The translations under genes and the position numbers were made by a program. 58,220 bases of DNA from Girardia tigrina (taxonomy: Eukaryota). This document shows, one piece after another, positions 36,500 through 50,484 of this stretch. Position 1 is the stretch's first letter. Each line of letters begins with the position of its first letter. Location of the stretch: the NCBI GenBank assembly GCA_001938485.1, contig MQRK01254974.1, forward strand, positions 1 to 58,220, read 5' to 3'. The notes beneath the pieces are model-generated. The model was given only the letters and a program-made list of their open reading frames with translations. It was not told where the DNA came from and did not search any database.

Positions 36500-38590
36500 A
36501 ATCCACAGAAAGATTTGATTCTTTCAAAAGCTATTCAAAAATCTTTGAGTATCTTTCCGTTGAGTATTTTTGATTTTGAACAACGATTCCAAAATTGGTT
36601 TTCTTTTATTTAAATTAAAACCCATCGCGAAACATTACCTTCTTTTAAGATTTGTTCAATGGCATCAAGTTTGTCTTAGAGTTTATCACTGAAGTTATGA
36701 AAATATTTTCATGTCTCTCTTGTTGGCTACTTTTAAAAAGATACAACCAGGTTATATTTTTGACAAGGATCAAAAATTAAAATACAAAGAAGACAAGGCA
36801 TTGAAGCGCATTGCAATTGAAACTTCTAAGAGGAGAAGAACTTTTGAAGAAATTGAATAATATTTTGGTACTCATGAGCTTTCTACATCAAAAACTAACA
36901 ATTCAGCAACAGACAGTCTTGACGATAGAGAAAGTTCACCTGTCATCGATCAGATAATGTCAACAGCACCAGGAAAGGTTCCAATAACACGAGGCACATT
37001 GCCATTTTTCGTTCCCGGTCTCAGAAGTTTTTGATCGGTGCAAAATTGCTGACAAAAATGGGGTTTACCTATTAATGGATGCTGCAAAAGATTTTTGGCA
37101 TGATACTTAAAACCTAGTGATAAATCAAACTTATTTTAACGCCGTAGAAAAAATGAGAGAAGCAAGATACTCGGAACTTCAACAAAATTTTAGCCTTAAT
37201 AATTACCAAGAAAATAGCTATAAAGGGATGGAAAGCTGCTCCCAGCACTCACTGATATTGAAAAATTAAATAGACAAGCAACAATAGCTACTTTTCAAAG
37301 CAAGGAACAATTGTCGGGAGTTCCTGAAATTCAAATATTTTCAGGCGAAGAGCAAGCTTTGGCTGCTTTAGTTGCAGCGGAAAAGTGGGGTGTAATTGAA
37401 AAAATTCAGGCTATATGCTGTAATACGACAGCAAGCAACATAGATCGAGTAAATGGTGGCTGTTCAAACCTAGAAACACTGTTCAATTATGACCTATTGT
37501 ACGTCCCTTGCCATCATAAAAATTTGAGTTAGTTTTGAGGAGATGTTTCGAATTACTGATTAGTGCGACTTCCTTTCAAGAAATGGCGATTTTCAGCAGA
37601 TTTAGACAAGCCTTGGCGAAACTTGACAAGAACGTTTACATAACTGGTAGTAATGAAGTGCCAGATGATGTCTACTCTGCTATTCTTGCATTTGTTGAAC
37701 ACTATCTTTCTGCAGAAAAACAGTAGAGAGTGATGATTACCGAGATTAGTTGGAGTTAGTAAAGATCTTTCTTGGCGGCATTACGAGAAAAGGAATATGT
37801 ATTTTTTAAGTCTGGTTATTGTATGTGAGGAATATTTTAAATGTTTGATGTTTTGTGTTTGAATGCTATATGTTGATTTGGAATTGTGTCTCTCCTACCT
37901 AGATGGCTGATTAATATTTTAATTCTTATTATTTAAAAATATGTAATGTTTAAATTTATTTATAATTTAAAATAATGGTAAAATTTTAAATAAGGTAAGT
38001 AATTTTATTCAAAATTTTAAATAAATAAATTGAAGTAATATTTTTTTTAATAATTAATAATCATTTTAAATAATAATAGTCATAATTAATAACCAATAAA
38101 ATTTTGAATAAATATTTTAACAATTATTTATTTTTATATATGCTAAAAATAATAAGATTAAAGTCATTATTGAATTTAGTTAGAATGCACTCATACGAAA
38201 GCTTTGACAAATATTTTCTTTGAGGACAATCTTGATGACAAACTTGTTGTGTTAATAAAAATATGAAAAGTCAAATTGGTGTTCTTAATACTGTCATTTG
38301 AAGCTATTAAAGCACCATATCATGATTTTCTATTCATTCACCAAATGATTAAGTATCGAGACATTGATTTAAAAATCAAAAAGGCTGTTTCAAAGAAATT
38401 TTCAAACCACCTTTGATATTTGGTTCTTGAAAATGTTGCTCTCGCATTATTTAAGTACAATGTTCCATCAGCAGTCAAAGCAAATATGGTTCACATTTCA
38501 CTCAAAAAAGATAAAGAAGCGCAGGAAGAAAAAGATCTTCAGATTGGAATGAGGAGTATTAAACATTGAGTGATGGGATTTAAGTGAACG
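36500..38590 (+). mobile_element. hATm-like transposase relic, interrupted by a solo LTR
   Basis: DGKLLPALT, EQLSGVPEI, EKWG...IQAICCNTTASN, LLYVPCHH and, after the LTR, APYHDF...FSNHL*YL. Confidence 0.7.
37824..38290 (+). mobile_element. Solo LTR, diverged member of the TGTGAGGAAT...CTTAATA family
   Basis: Same termini and internal ctcctacctagatgg motif as the family. Flanks ttgta and ctgtc form a degenerate TSD. Confidence 0.8.
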
Positions 38591-38670
38591 CAATACTTTT
38601 GATCATCATAAAAATGATCAAAAAATTGAATGTAATAAATGTTCTGTCAAATGTGTGAGCTCTCTTAAGG

Positions 38671-40750
38671 TGGCGACTTCACACCACGTAAAGGTTCTGA
38701 AACATTTGATGGATCCGAGCACAAATTAGAAGAATTCCTGATAAGTTTTAACAGGTATTCAAAGATTATGGGAGTATCAGAAGAGAGGAAAATCCTACTG
38801 GTAACACCATACTTGACTCCAGATTCGATTCTGAGATACGAGAAGGCCCTATGGACTACTTGCGAAGAGAAAATGCGAGCAGCATTTTCAAAAGAAAAAT
38901 TTATTTTGGATTTGATAAAAGATCTCATAGAGTTAAGAGTAGGTTGCGGTGACCCATTAATTGCGTTTCGCAGAGCAGATGAGATAATCAAAAATTAGTG
39001 GAGAAAAAATTGGTAAGAAAGAACTATCAAACTTGGTCTATACTTATATGATTGAGGATGATAACGTCTATCAATAGATAGCGATTTGAGGTGTAACAAA
39101 AGCAGAAGAGATCAAAAACATACAAATGAGGATGTATGAATACGGGAAAAAATATAAGAAATTTACCTATAGCAACATACAACTAAAGGAAAGAAAACGA
39201 TTGGAAAACTGTGTAGAATAAAAGAAGAAAACCAAACCAAGGAAAGAAGAATTAAAGAGAGAAGGTACAAGTCGAAACTATAAAGCCAGAAAAATAATTT
39301 GTTGGACATTCAATGAGGAAGGTCATGTTAGAAGAGAATGTCCGAACAGTAAGTGTAACCACTGTCAAAGAAGAGGCCATACACGAACACAATGTTATGA
39401 AAACCAAAATAGGTTTAAAGAACGTGACCAACGGAAATGGGACAATAATAGAAATCGTTGGATTGACAGAGAGATTATTCTAATCAAATATACAGAGAGC
39501 AACCGGCATATATGAATAAGGAACAACATTTTGCGGAGTTAGACGACAGAGATGATGAAATGGACAGGAGATCGGAAATTTCTGATCGAAGAGAAGAGAA
39601 TACAGCAAGAGATTATTCTAGAGGTAAAGGAAGATACATACATGTAAATGTATGTTCGATTGTATGTATGAATGTGTTTGTGATTGTATGTTTGATTTTA
39701 CGTATGAAAACATTCCTCGAGAGATTTGCAAACTTGAACCTGAAAATATTAGAAATCGAGAACAGTGTAATAGTATAAAAACTCAAGATGATAAGATACT
39801 AAATCGTAAAATGGAAATATTGAAGCTATAAAAGTTTAAGATAAATTATAAAGAACAGAAAGGACTTCCAAGTGTGGATTTTTACGTGAAAGATAGAAAA
39901 GTTTGGACACTGGAGCCAGAGTAAATGTAATTAAAGCGGGATCATTAAAAATATGAAAGATATTAAAATTAGAGAAACGAAAAAACGTATCTATTCCCAA
40001 ATGATTCAGAACTAATCAATTAAATGTGCCTTTTGATGGAACACAAAAGTTAATAGAGTTTTATGTGTTCAAAGAACTAGACCCCAAAATGATTGCAGGT
40101 ATAGATTTCTTGGATAAATTCGGAATAAAATTGAATAGGCAAATACCTCGACTTAGTAAAACGGTAAAAGATTTTAACTAAGTACTGATCATAAGGCTAT
40201 TACCTTTATACTGAATACGAAAAATTCAAAAACACCGCAATTTCAAACGTGGATAAATTTTCTTAGTAGTCTGGATATGAGAATGGAATATCGGAAAGGA
40301 GAAAAACACTCAAATGCAGATGCAATGTCGAGGAATTCTTGTGAATTATGTAGTCAATGTCAAACAATGCACGAAGAAGCTAAGAAAGGAAAAACTAAAA
40401 TATGAATCTTGGCTTTAGACGAAGAATCAAAAGAGTTCAAATGGCAGAAAGATAATGACGAAATAAATCAGATCAGAGAAGATATTAGAATGGGAAGAAC
40501 AAAGAAATGGATACTGAAAGACAATATTGGGACAACAATAGATAACAAATAATGGATTCCAAGAACCACAAGGATAGAATTCGTGGAAGACGCTCACGAA
40601 ATGATGTGCCATGCTGGTAGTAAAAAGGTTTATAACTATTTGAAAACTGATTTTGATATGGTTAATATGAGAGAGATAATTAAGGAAATTGTAAAATGTT
40701 TCATAAACTGTCAAAAGAGAAAGACTTTAACCACAAAAACGAAAGAAAGT
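38671..40750 (+). mobile_element. Internal region of a related gypsy element (PBS, gag, PR, RT deleted, end of RH, start of INT)
   Basis: tggcgac PBS; ETFDGSE...FNRYSKIMG; DTGARVN. The sequence jumps to TDHKA at about 40185, followed by HEMMCH...CFINC. Confidence 0.88.
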
Positions 40751-40755
40751 TATTT

Positions 40756-41620
40756 TGTATCTCAGCGGAGGGTTTTTCGGTTTTTATTATTGTAACGTAA
40801 GTACTTTAACGAAATCAAAAGTACTTACAAAATAAATAAGGATAAATTGAACTTTTCAAAAATATATTTTTAATGACATTTTAAATATTTAAACAAAACA
40901 TTATCATGCTTTTTTATTTAAATATTTACATCATATACAAATTCGTTATTTGTCACATTCGTCCTCACCCGCAGTAGAGGGTAGCCCCGATCGACTTAAA
41001 TAGTTTGCATTTTGATTATATCTTCCTGGTTTACGTTGAATGATGAAATCAAATTCTTGCAACAACATTTTCCATCTAGCCAGTTTGATATTTTTGGTTT
41101 GAAGCTTTTGTAACCATAGCAGAGGTTTGTGGTCGGTTTGGACAGTGAATCGCTTTCCGTATATGCAGTAGTTAAATTCCTCAATCGCAAATACAAGGGC
41201 ATATAGTTCCTTCACATTTACCAACCATCTTTGTTGGGTTTCTGTTAGTTGTTTTGATCGAAACGCAATTGGGTGTTCGATATTATCATAGAATTGTGTT
41301 AGCGCAGCGTCAACCACTTGGTCAAAAGTATCGGTTTGAATAATAAACTCCTGGTGAAAGATTGGGTTTCAATTTGAATCGGACCTTTCGAGATCAATTC
41401 CGTTTTATGTCTCTGAAAAATAGATTGAAGCCACTTCCCGGGATCTTGATTCGGATGGCCCCCGGTTGTTGTCGATTTTCGGGACCGTTTTTTGTAATCG
41501 ATGCTTTTCTCCCTCCAATCCGTTTGTTTTTCTCCTTCGATAAAACGGATACTTCTAATTTCACACACTTTATTTTTATTCGAACCGAAAGTCGTCTTTT
41601 TACAATCGGAGACGCGTCCA
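40756..41620 (-). mobile_element. Gypsy relic with RNase H directly followed by PPT and LTR (Gmr1-like order, or a deletion derivative)
   Basis: ORF 40946-41317 contains HPIAFRSKQL, KELYALVFA, TDHKPL and NANYLSR, then a purine-rich tract and TGTGACAA (40957) ...GATACA (40756). Confidence 0.7.
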
Positions 41621-41639
41621 GTTGATATGCATAACAGAA

Positions 41640-41850
41640 AACATTACAGTCATCGAAAAGGTTTACTGATTACGCAATTGAACAGCTTTCTATTGGATAA
41701 CAGAATATTTATGGCTTACATTCAAATATCCATAGTATTAATAAGTTGACCATAATCATATATGACTTGAATAGATTGTATTGAATTGATTATTAATTAG
41801 TGATCTGAAGATGACGGTTGATCCGACGAAATATATTGTCAATAAATATA
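41640..41850 (+). mobile_element. Penelope-like 3' end with minimal hammerhead motif (41801-41841)
   Basis: tgat-CTGAAGA-tgacggttgatccgac-GAAA-tatat-t-gtca-ATAAA. Stem I is tgat/gtca and stem III is palindromic. Confidence 0.55.
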
Positions 41851-42558
41851 ATTTTAAATGGATGAATATTGTAATTCACAAATATGTTTAAAAAATCAAA
41901 AATCACTTAATTTATATCATAATCATTAAAATGAATAACTCTATTTTATAAACAAGACAAAATCATCATTCAGTCAGTATCAAAATTATCTGTGATGAAG
42001 CCAGACAACTCACATAATGTTTAGTTCCAAGCTAGTAAATGATCACGACAAATTCACATTAAATTACAACATATTCTCTGAGATTTAACCTTCATTATTC
42101 TAAATTTGATTGTTCAAGAAGTTTTAGATCTGTTTCTAAAAAATAATACTATAACATACAGGGTAGAATGTAACAAATCATTTATTTTAATGTAATTCTA
42201 TACATTACAATGTTGAAATATGTATTGTGGAAATTGAAAATTAATGAGCTAAATTGGTATATTTGTTGAACATCTATGAGATGTTAATATGTGAATAAAT
42301 AAAATATAATATAACATATTCCGTGATAAATTGAATTGTTCAATCAATTTTAATAAGGTTGAAAACAGTTTTATTTCGACACGGTTTTAATTTCGACTGC
42401 ATTTAAGGTCACATGCTTATAATGAACACATCTGCAAATTTCAACTCCGTATGAATTTTCAGTATGTTTTTATGACGCTTTGATGTTAGTCCTGTCAATA
42501 TAATTTAATTATGGAAAATAATAAAATAAAAAAATAATAAAAGTTTTAGTGAAAAAGT

Positions 42559-42875
42559 GTGACCACTGAAGAAATGATTGATACCATTTATGAAATGGTT
42601 ATGAATGACAGAAAGTTAACCTTGAGTGAGATTTCTAAGACCATGAATATCTCAACTGAGCGAGTACTTCATATTTTGAAAGATGTGCTAGATGTCAGAA
42701 AGCTTTGTAAACGATGGGTGCCGCATTTCTTAAATTGTGATCAAAAACAACTTCGAGTGGATCTTTCTAAGGAGTGTTTGGAGCTTTTTCAAAAAATAAA
42801 AAAGATTTTTACGTTGTTTCGTCACTATGGATGAAACCTGGATGTACCACTATGGTCCCAAGCTGCGACAACAAA
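42559..42875 (+). mobile_element. mariner transposase fragment
   Basis: DRKLTLSEI...RWVPHFL, then after a frameshift VTMDETWMYHY. Confidence 0.85.
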
Positions 42876-43234
42876 CCAATAATAAATAAATAGTATAATA
42901 AATAAATTTTATAATTGTTTTGTTCTTTTTCTATTTTAGAGTTGAAAATTTTAGATCAAATAACGATTAAAAATTTTTTTATTATGTCAAAATATGGTCA
43001 AAAAATGATCTATAAAGTCAAAAAATAAGATCAATTTTTTACATTTTTAAAGAAAAAAATCACCCTAATTATAACATTTTCCTGGTCAATGTATTGTAAA
43101 AATGATTAAGTTGATGTGTCTAATTGAAATATACATTAATCAAACAATTCAATTGTAAATGGTTCCAAAATGACATCATAATTATTTTTTAGTTTTTTAT
43201 AAGAATTCAAAGAATTAACATTCAAAATGCTCTC

Positions 43235-43430
43235 TCGGCAACTTTATTGAGGGTTTTTAAATGATGATGACGTATTGATTACATAATCAACACCGGCAAT
43301 ATATAAGTCATTTTTTAAAAAAATGCAGTTGTTCTGAAGATGACGAATAATCCGTCGAAATTAATAAACAATTTTAATTGGCTTTCGAATTTTGATTTTA
43401 ATGAATTGTCAATTTTTTTCAAATTAATTT
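43235..43430 (+). mobile_element. Third copy of the Penelope-like terminal repeat with hammerhead motif (43334-43360)
   Basis: Aligns to 21435-21640 and contains ctgaagatgacgaataatccgtcgaaattaataaa. Confidence 0.7.
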
Positions 43431-45879
43431 ATGATGATTTTCAAATAATATAATTCTTTTCAAAGAATGGATATTTTTTTTGTTCATAGTAGAGACAATA
43501 CACAATTTTCATGATAAACGTATGTGCACTTTGCACAGCATCAAATTTAGGAAGAAACATGTGACCTAAACTGCACATTTCCTCGAACATGTGATGCGGC
43601 ACACATTTGATAACATTTGAATGTGCAGCAGTGTATTTATATTTGGGAAATGGAATGAAAACTATGGTTAAATGTCCCATCAAATGTGTTATTTACCAAA
43701 AGAATAAACACAGAATGCACTTTCTTTTACTATTCGCAAGTCTTTCTGTCTGCTTGGCTTTCATGTGAAGAAATAAAGAAATTAGAAATTTTACTTTTAT
43801 ATAAATTGCTGTGATAATATTTTATATTAATACGGTTTTCAACTTTTTTTTGAGATACATTACATACATAATCCTCCTTGGAGCTTCGAAATAATACATT
43901 ATAGTCTAACATAATAAATGATCTGAATATTTTATAACTTATTTAATCAAGCATTATAAAGTTACAAGATAACTACAACAAACTTCTCTTTAACCTTTGG
44001 TAGTTTTTACGACTTATAAGTTATTTTTTACATCACTTTCTCAATTAAAATTCGCTTAAAATGCAGAGTTAAAAAAGGAAATTAAAATTTTTATTAAAAA
44101 TAATATTGAATTTGTAAAGAATGTAGAATATATTAAGAATGTTCTTTCAGATCGACAGCTAAAAAATGGTTAAAAAAAAGTCGGAAACTACCAGGAGAAT
44201 ATTGAAGGAAGTCGATTATTAAAGATGTACAGAGGGAATAAAGCAACGTGAAGGGAAACATTTGCTTGGAGAACAAAATTAGGGGAAAAGTTCTTTGAGA
44301 ATGATAAAATACAAAATTTAAAACAATTGTATAAAAATTATAAATAATCTTTAAAATAAAAACTCACTTTTGTGTCTATTTTTATTTTTATTTTTTGAAC
44401 CTAAATAAACGCTAATATTAAAATTAGAAATATCTACAATAAATGTATATTTATATGAATGATCTCAATTATCTATAATAAATATGGCTTCTATACCTCT
44501 TAAAAATTAACTTTAGGTCTCCGAGGTAAACTATTAAACTTGTAATAAATTCACAACTGAAGTGGTCTCTAGTATTCTATTTTTACAATTTTGGAAAGAA
44601 AACTTTATCTGGTATCATAGGTACAATAAAAAAGAGGTTCTTAATATTCAGAGAAAGCATTTTACTTAAGGAAATCAAAATAAAAAAAGATTTCTCCAAA
44701 AGCCTGAAATTTTCTTGTACCGTCAAAAGAGAATTTGCTTGGCGTATTAACAACATAAGATCCAGTCTTTGACTGAGATTCTTTGGTTAAGTTAAGTTTT
44801 AGCTTCAAGAGGCTTCTACATGGATTTGATAGCAGTGGAGCTCACGCGTTTACAAGAAGATATTGCCTTTTTTGTTATCTATTTTGATGTAAAAAGTGAT
44901 TTTTCTGATTAACAATGCGCCCAAATGACGCATATGTTGATAACATTGATCAATATTGACATCGTCTCCTTATGGTAAAACATTCATGAACAAAATATCC
45001 TTTCACTTCCAAAGTACATACAAATATTGGTAAGGGTTCAATGTGCGTTGAATTTCAACGTTTGAAACATCTATAAGTCTTGTCAGTAGATCAATATTTA
45101 ATCATTATTTATCGAATGTCATCTCCCGATTTGTCTATTTGTGATCAGTTAATCGGTTGGTGATGTGGCTGTTTCAAGGACATTGTGAGAAGTGGTTGCA
45201 ACGTCTATATCAGAATTCATTTTTTTTAAACACCAAAATTTATTACTATAACAATTCACATTTCTAAAACAAATTTTCCTGTTAATTTAATTTAATTANN
45301 NNNNNNNNNNNNNNNNNNNNNNNNNNNNNNNNNNNNNNNNNNNNNNNNNNNNNNNNNNNNNNNNNNNNNNNNNNNNNNNNNNNNNNNNNNNNNNNNNNNN
45401 NNNNNNNNNNNNNNNNNNNNNNNNNNNNNNNNNNNNNNNNNNNNNNNNATTTTTAAATAAATATTTTACTTTTTTTATGATTTTCTTTTATTATATAATT
45501 TTTAATTTTTTTAAAATATTTAATAAGCAAATTAACATAAAAATATTTTACCCTTTAAATTAAAAAAATAATAAATTATACAGGCGAGATAAAAATTTAA
45601 AATTAACCCCTCATAGACATAACATCCAAGGTTTATTGAGTTGCTGGAACGTTTGTTCCGACTTTTAATAAAGATTCAGATGCCAAATCTTCATGTATAA
45701 CATACATAATTTATACATGTATTTAAACATCAAAATATACTCAATTTCTTTCGCAATCTTTTTTCATCTTTTTGTAATTGGAAAATTTCATCATTTCAAT
45801 ACTTCTCAGGTTTTTCAGCAAAAGCTGTTCGAGATAGGATTTCAGAAAATCCAAAAACTCAAAGTTCTTGTCGTTCAAT

Positions 45880-46830
45880 GAAATTTGCAGCCACATAAAT
45901 ATGTGATAGTCAGTAGAGGAAAAGTTTTAGAATTATGGTCACTGTGTTATCACATCTCAGCCAAGGTCCAAAATTGTTTTCCTCGTGTGGTCTGACATTG
46001 TCGTGATGCAACACAACGTTCTTCCTGATCGTGAATTCTGGGCGTTGTTTCTGGATTGATGTCTTTAATTCATCCAGTTAAGAGAAGCACTTGTTTTAAT
46101 TAACCGTCAGATTTTTTAGTGGGAGTGTATAATACAGAATTCCTTTGAAATCCTACCTCAAACAGAACATGAATTTTTTGGATAAAGACCAGTTTTGGAA
46201 TTTACTAATGGTTAATCTGGCTTACTCAAAGATCTTTTCCACTCCCAATATTATAGACGAATAAATCTTTTCATCATCCGTAACTATTTGTTTCAAAAAT
46301 GATACATTTTAGTTTCGTTTGTCAAGTGAATCAAAAATATATATGCAATTCTTAAGATTTGTTTCCTCAGATTTTGCAGAACCCATAGGTTGTAACGATT
46401 TATGTAATTGTGCTTCACTAAACGCTGTTGACTATGATTTTTAATGTCTTCAGTATTTCTACTTATTCCCTAGTCGAGTTGAAAGAATCGTGAGTTTGAG
46501 GGTCTATCAGTGCGTTCTTTTTGTTTGAGGTTGAAGTCATCATCTCTGAACTTATAAAACCACCTGAAAAAGTCTGTAGGCTAAAACATGTTTTCTGTAA
46601 ACAGCACATATCTTTTTTCTTGCATGCCTTTCTCGAAACAGAAAAGAATAAAGTATCCAAAATGATCCTTGTTTTATTCAATTTGAAAATAATGTTTTTA
46701 AAGATGCCTCAGACTATAAATTTTCATCATACATAAATCATTTTCATGTTTTCTGAGTACTTCACATATTTTGAGACATCCCAGTGTCATATTTGGATAA
46801 TCAGTAAAAACTTTCCGGACAAGTTTAAAT
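45880..46830 (-). mobile_element. mariner element relic
   Basis: The minus strand shows IVTDDEK, MFCLR*DFKGILYY and VVLHHDNVRPH. A TIR-like end lies near 46810-46828. Confidence 0.75.
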
Positions 46831-46869
46831 TACTTAGCTTATATAATTTATAAAGAGTTTGTGAGGAAA

Positions 46870-47560
46870 AGAAACAATGACACGTTCTAGGGGGAAATCC
46901 AACAGAATAATTTACAAAAATACTATCAATAGATGGACAGAAGAAAGAGTCAAGGCCCTAGATGAAAGAATCAAGGCGATACGCAACAATGACGGAGAAA
47001 GAAAACTACGTACCCTCTGATAATTACAATCAAAGAAAAATACGCTGTGTACTTTGAACCATAATGGAAAAAAGAGCTGAACAACTACTTCAATAATCTT
47101 TTAACGGCCCCATTGGAGCAGAAGGAACGGACTAGTATCGCTGAAAACATTCCGAATCTCGATGATTTGGATTCTTCTTTGACGCAGGAGGAAATGGCGG
47201 AGTCAGTGAAGAAGGACATGATGAATTGATTTCTCAAATTTATAAGTAAGAGGGTGTGAAAACACTAATTATACTGAGAGAGTGCTTTAAAAAAATATGG
47301 AATGGACTAGAGGCATTCCCACCAAGTTGGATAGAGGCCAAAGTGGTGATTCTCTTCAAAGGAAAGACTCTCAAAAAGATCAAATTAACTATAGATGTAT
47401 TTTTCTTTTAGGTATAGGTGGAGAGATTCTAGCCAGAATCGTCGCGAACAGAATAACTACGATCATCAAAGTGACACTGGATTAGTGACAATATGGATTT
47501 CGGCCGAGAAGAGGAACTGAGATGGTTATAAGTATCTTTAGAAAATTGCAGGAGAAAACT
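46870..47560 (+). mobile_element. RTE-like LINE fragment (region up to RT domain 2)
   Basis: NYRCIFLLGIGGEILARI...QYGFRPRRGT, with frameshifts. Confidence 0.7.
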
Positions 47561-47847
47561 TACTCCCGACACTTATTTTAGATTTTGGTTCAATTTTCGT
47601 ATTTGATTCTTTTGTTTTATGTTTTCAGATTGCTCCTTGTATTAATTATAATTATCATATTTAATTGCTAATCCTCATTTTAAAAGAATGTGAAACTTTC
47701 AAATCTTCTCGTTTGATTGTAAGCTGTTAGCCTCTGTTCTTTGATTCTCGGTGTCATAATTCTTGCATAACTCTCTAAAACATTGTGACTAGAATTATTC
47801 TTCTTGGAAGATGACAAGGTGTTTCTTGAATGAAATAATATTGTTTG

Positions 47848-48381
47848 TATTAAGAGCACCACCATGGATTTTCGAACTTTTATTTTCAATACAATTTGAA
47901 TTGTCTTTTGGACAACTCTCAGCAAAACTCTCGTCATTCGACATCGTTCTAAATTGATAAATTTTAGTTAATGTTTTTTAATAAACAATTATTTGAACAA
48001 ATTTTTCATTATTTTCAGATTTTATTTTTAAAGTTCAAATTTTGTTATTTTTGTAATAATTTCATATACATATTAATTTTATTTTAAAAATGATTTTATG
48101 TAAAGAAAGAACATTTATTTAATTTAAAACTTAGTTAAAAGTTATTTTCTTTATTTAAATTCTTAATATTAAAATTTGAAACGATTTAATATTTTTAAAG
48201 TTTTTTAAATATCTTATGCTGTAATTTAAAATGCAAATTATACTCGAATAATTATCTATCGTGAATATCCAAAATACCAATTTTCCATCTGGGTGGGAGA
48301 AACACATTTCCAAATACTAAACTCAACACACAAAATTCAACAAACCAATTTCAACATACCAAATTTAAAATATTCCTCACA
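47848..48381 (-). mobile_element. Solo LTR of the main gypsy family, with 5-bp TSD GTTTG
   Basis: Reverse complement of the LTR. GTTTG flanks it at 47843-47847 and 48382-48386. Confidence 0.94.
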
Positions 48382-50038
48382 GTTTGTACTGTCTGTATTA
48401 TATGCTTTCTTTGAGTTCCACTGAGATGGTAATCTTGAATTGTCATTTTGAGGAGTTAGTTAATTTTTTCGCTAATCAAGATTTGAATAAAAATAAAATT
48501 TAAAAGTGTATTTAAAAACATTAAATATTGATAAAAAAAATTTTGGTACCTATTTAACATGTATCTTTTAACATTAATGTGTAACCTTTGTAACATGTTT
48601 TGTTTAAAAAACTTAACAGGAGTCTTACAATGTGTAACATGTGTTAATTTAACAAATTCATTATCACAAAACCGAAGAAAATCTAAATTGAAACCAGTGG
48701 TAACAAATATAAAATAAATAAATTTATTTATATAAATATTTTTGTTTTTAAATACAAAAACTTCAATTGAAAATATTTTTTTGAAATAATGTTTCACCTT
48801 TATTGCAAAATTAGAAGAAAATTATTAAAATAATTTGTATATTTTATTTTTAATTAAACGTTGTCTTAATTTCATTTTATTTTTAAATACAAGTATAATA
48901 CCTTTATAATTTATTCTTGTAAACAACTATATTTATAATCAATATTTTAGCATTGTTCTTGATTGCATGTTCTTGAAGATCTTTATTTGAAGATATTAGA
49001 TTGCCGATTGATGAACTCTCAATTTATTCTTCGTTGAAAAAATCTTTTATCTTCTGAACTCTTCATGACCTTTGTTCATCAATGTTTTTCTTATTACTGC
49101 CACACGAATTATCTATAGGAACTAAAGCTAGGTCTTATGCTTCTGTTAGATTCGCGAATACATTCTAATGATATATCGGATAAAGAAATTTTTTGAAACT
49201 TATTTAATAACAGCAACAAGCATATTATTTAAACAAGCTTTATTAAGTAAATTTCTGAGAAATGATTTTTATTTTTTTGCAAAAACGAATAATTCCAAAA
49301 TAATTGTATATATAAATACATTTAAATTAATTATTTTTGAAATTTTGTATAGCATTTAATTTTTTAATTTAAAACTATTAAATTATAATTTTAAACTATT
49401 TTCAAATACTTTAATTATTAATTTTGTATTTAATTTTATATATTTTTTAAATATTGCATTTTCTTTAGAATAAATACATTAACATTAAATACATAACATT
49501 TTAAATAAACATTACACTTCGTTAATTTTGAAATATTTATTTTATATTTAGTTTTCTTCACATTATTTTTCCTTTGAATTGTTTATTAAATTCTGTTTAA
49601 CTAGTTTTAAGGTCTTATATTTGATTCGTTTTCTAATCTATTTTATTTACTCATCCTATTATTTTAAATTTAATTTATTTTTTTAAATCTATTTAATTAC
49701 AAATTTCATTACTTTAAATTTTATTTAAAAAATTTATTTTTAAATATTATTAATATTGTAACTTTATACCACATTTTATATCTTTACTTATTTTACAATA
49801 AATTTCTATTTTTTTACTTTTATAATTTAATATTAATTTAAATTGTTTTGTTAGATTTAATTCAAAAAATTAAAATAGTTAACAAAATCCTAACTCTGGC
49901 CATGTTATCACATAAAACCAACTAGTATCGATGTACTGCTTTACCATTTTATTACATGTTTTGGATATTTATCACCTTGAAATTAAGTTTAAGAAGAACT
50001 TAAATTGTATATTTCGTCTTAAAAGTGCTTAATGATAC

Positions 50039-50480
50039 CTTGTTTATAGAAAGATTTCCCCATTCCATCAGAGAAATCTTCTTCTTACTATGTTACAATT
50101 ATATTTCTTTCTTGGACTGTCAACTATTCGAAACATTTAAATAATAGTTAAAATAATAGTACTTTTGGACCACACTCTATGTTTGTGAATTTTTAAGTCA
50201 ATCTCTGTTATGCAACTAATACAAAATATCTGTCAATTTTCTGCTATTTAATTTTAATTAAATCCTAAAATTATCAAAATTATGAATGATAAATTATTGT
50301 CTTTCGTGCAAAATTTTATTTGATATATCTTTTACAATAAACAGTATTAATTAATCATTGAATAACGTTAACACTTTAATGCCTAATGTTGCCGATTGTC
50401 TTCCTGTTTTACTTAACTTTATTGAAAACCCTCATGTGTATGTTACCAAATGCACTTTTATGACCATAGGCAATAAATCA
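50039..50480 (-). pseudogene. Possible decayed third member of the micro-exon Cys-rich family
   Basis: 50243-50205 follows an AG and reads EN*QIFCISCIT (TGA at the position of the first Cys of CxxFxxxC; donor not intact). The next AG/GT exon, 50176-50163, reads xCGPK (compare QCPP). Confidence 0.3.
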
Positions 50481-50484
50481 TGTA

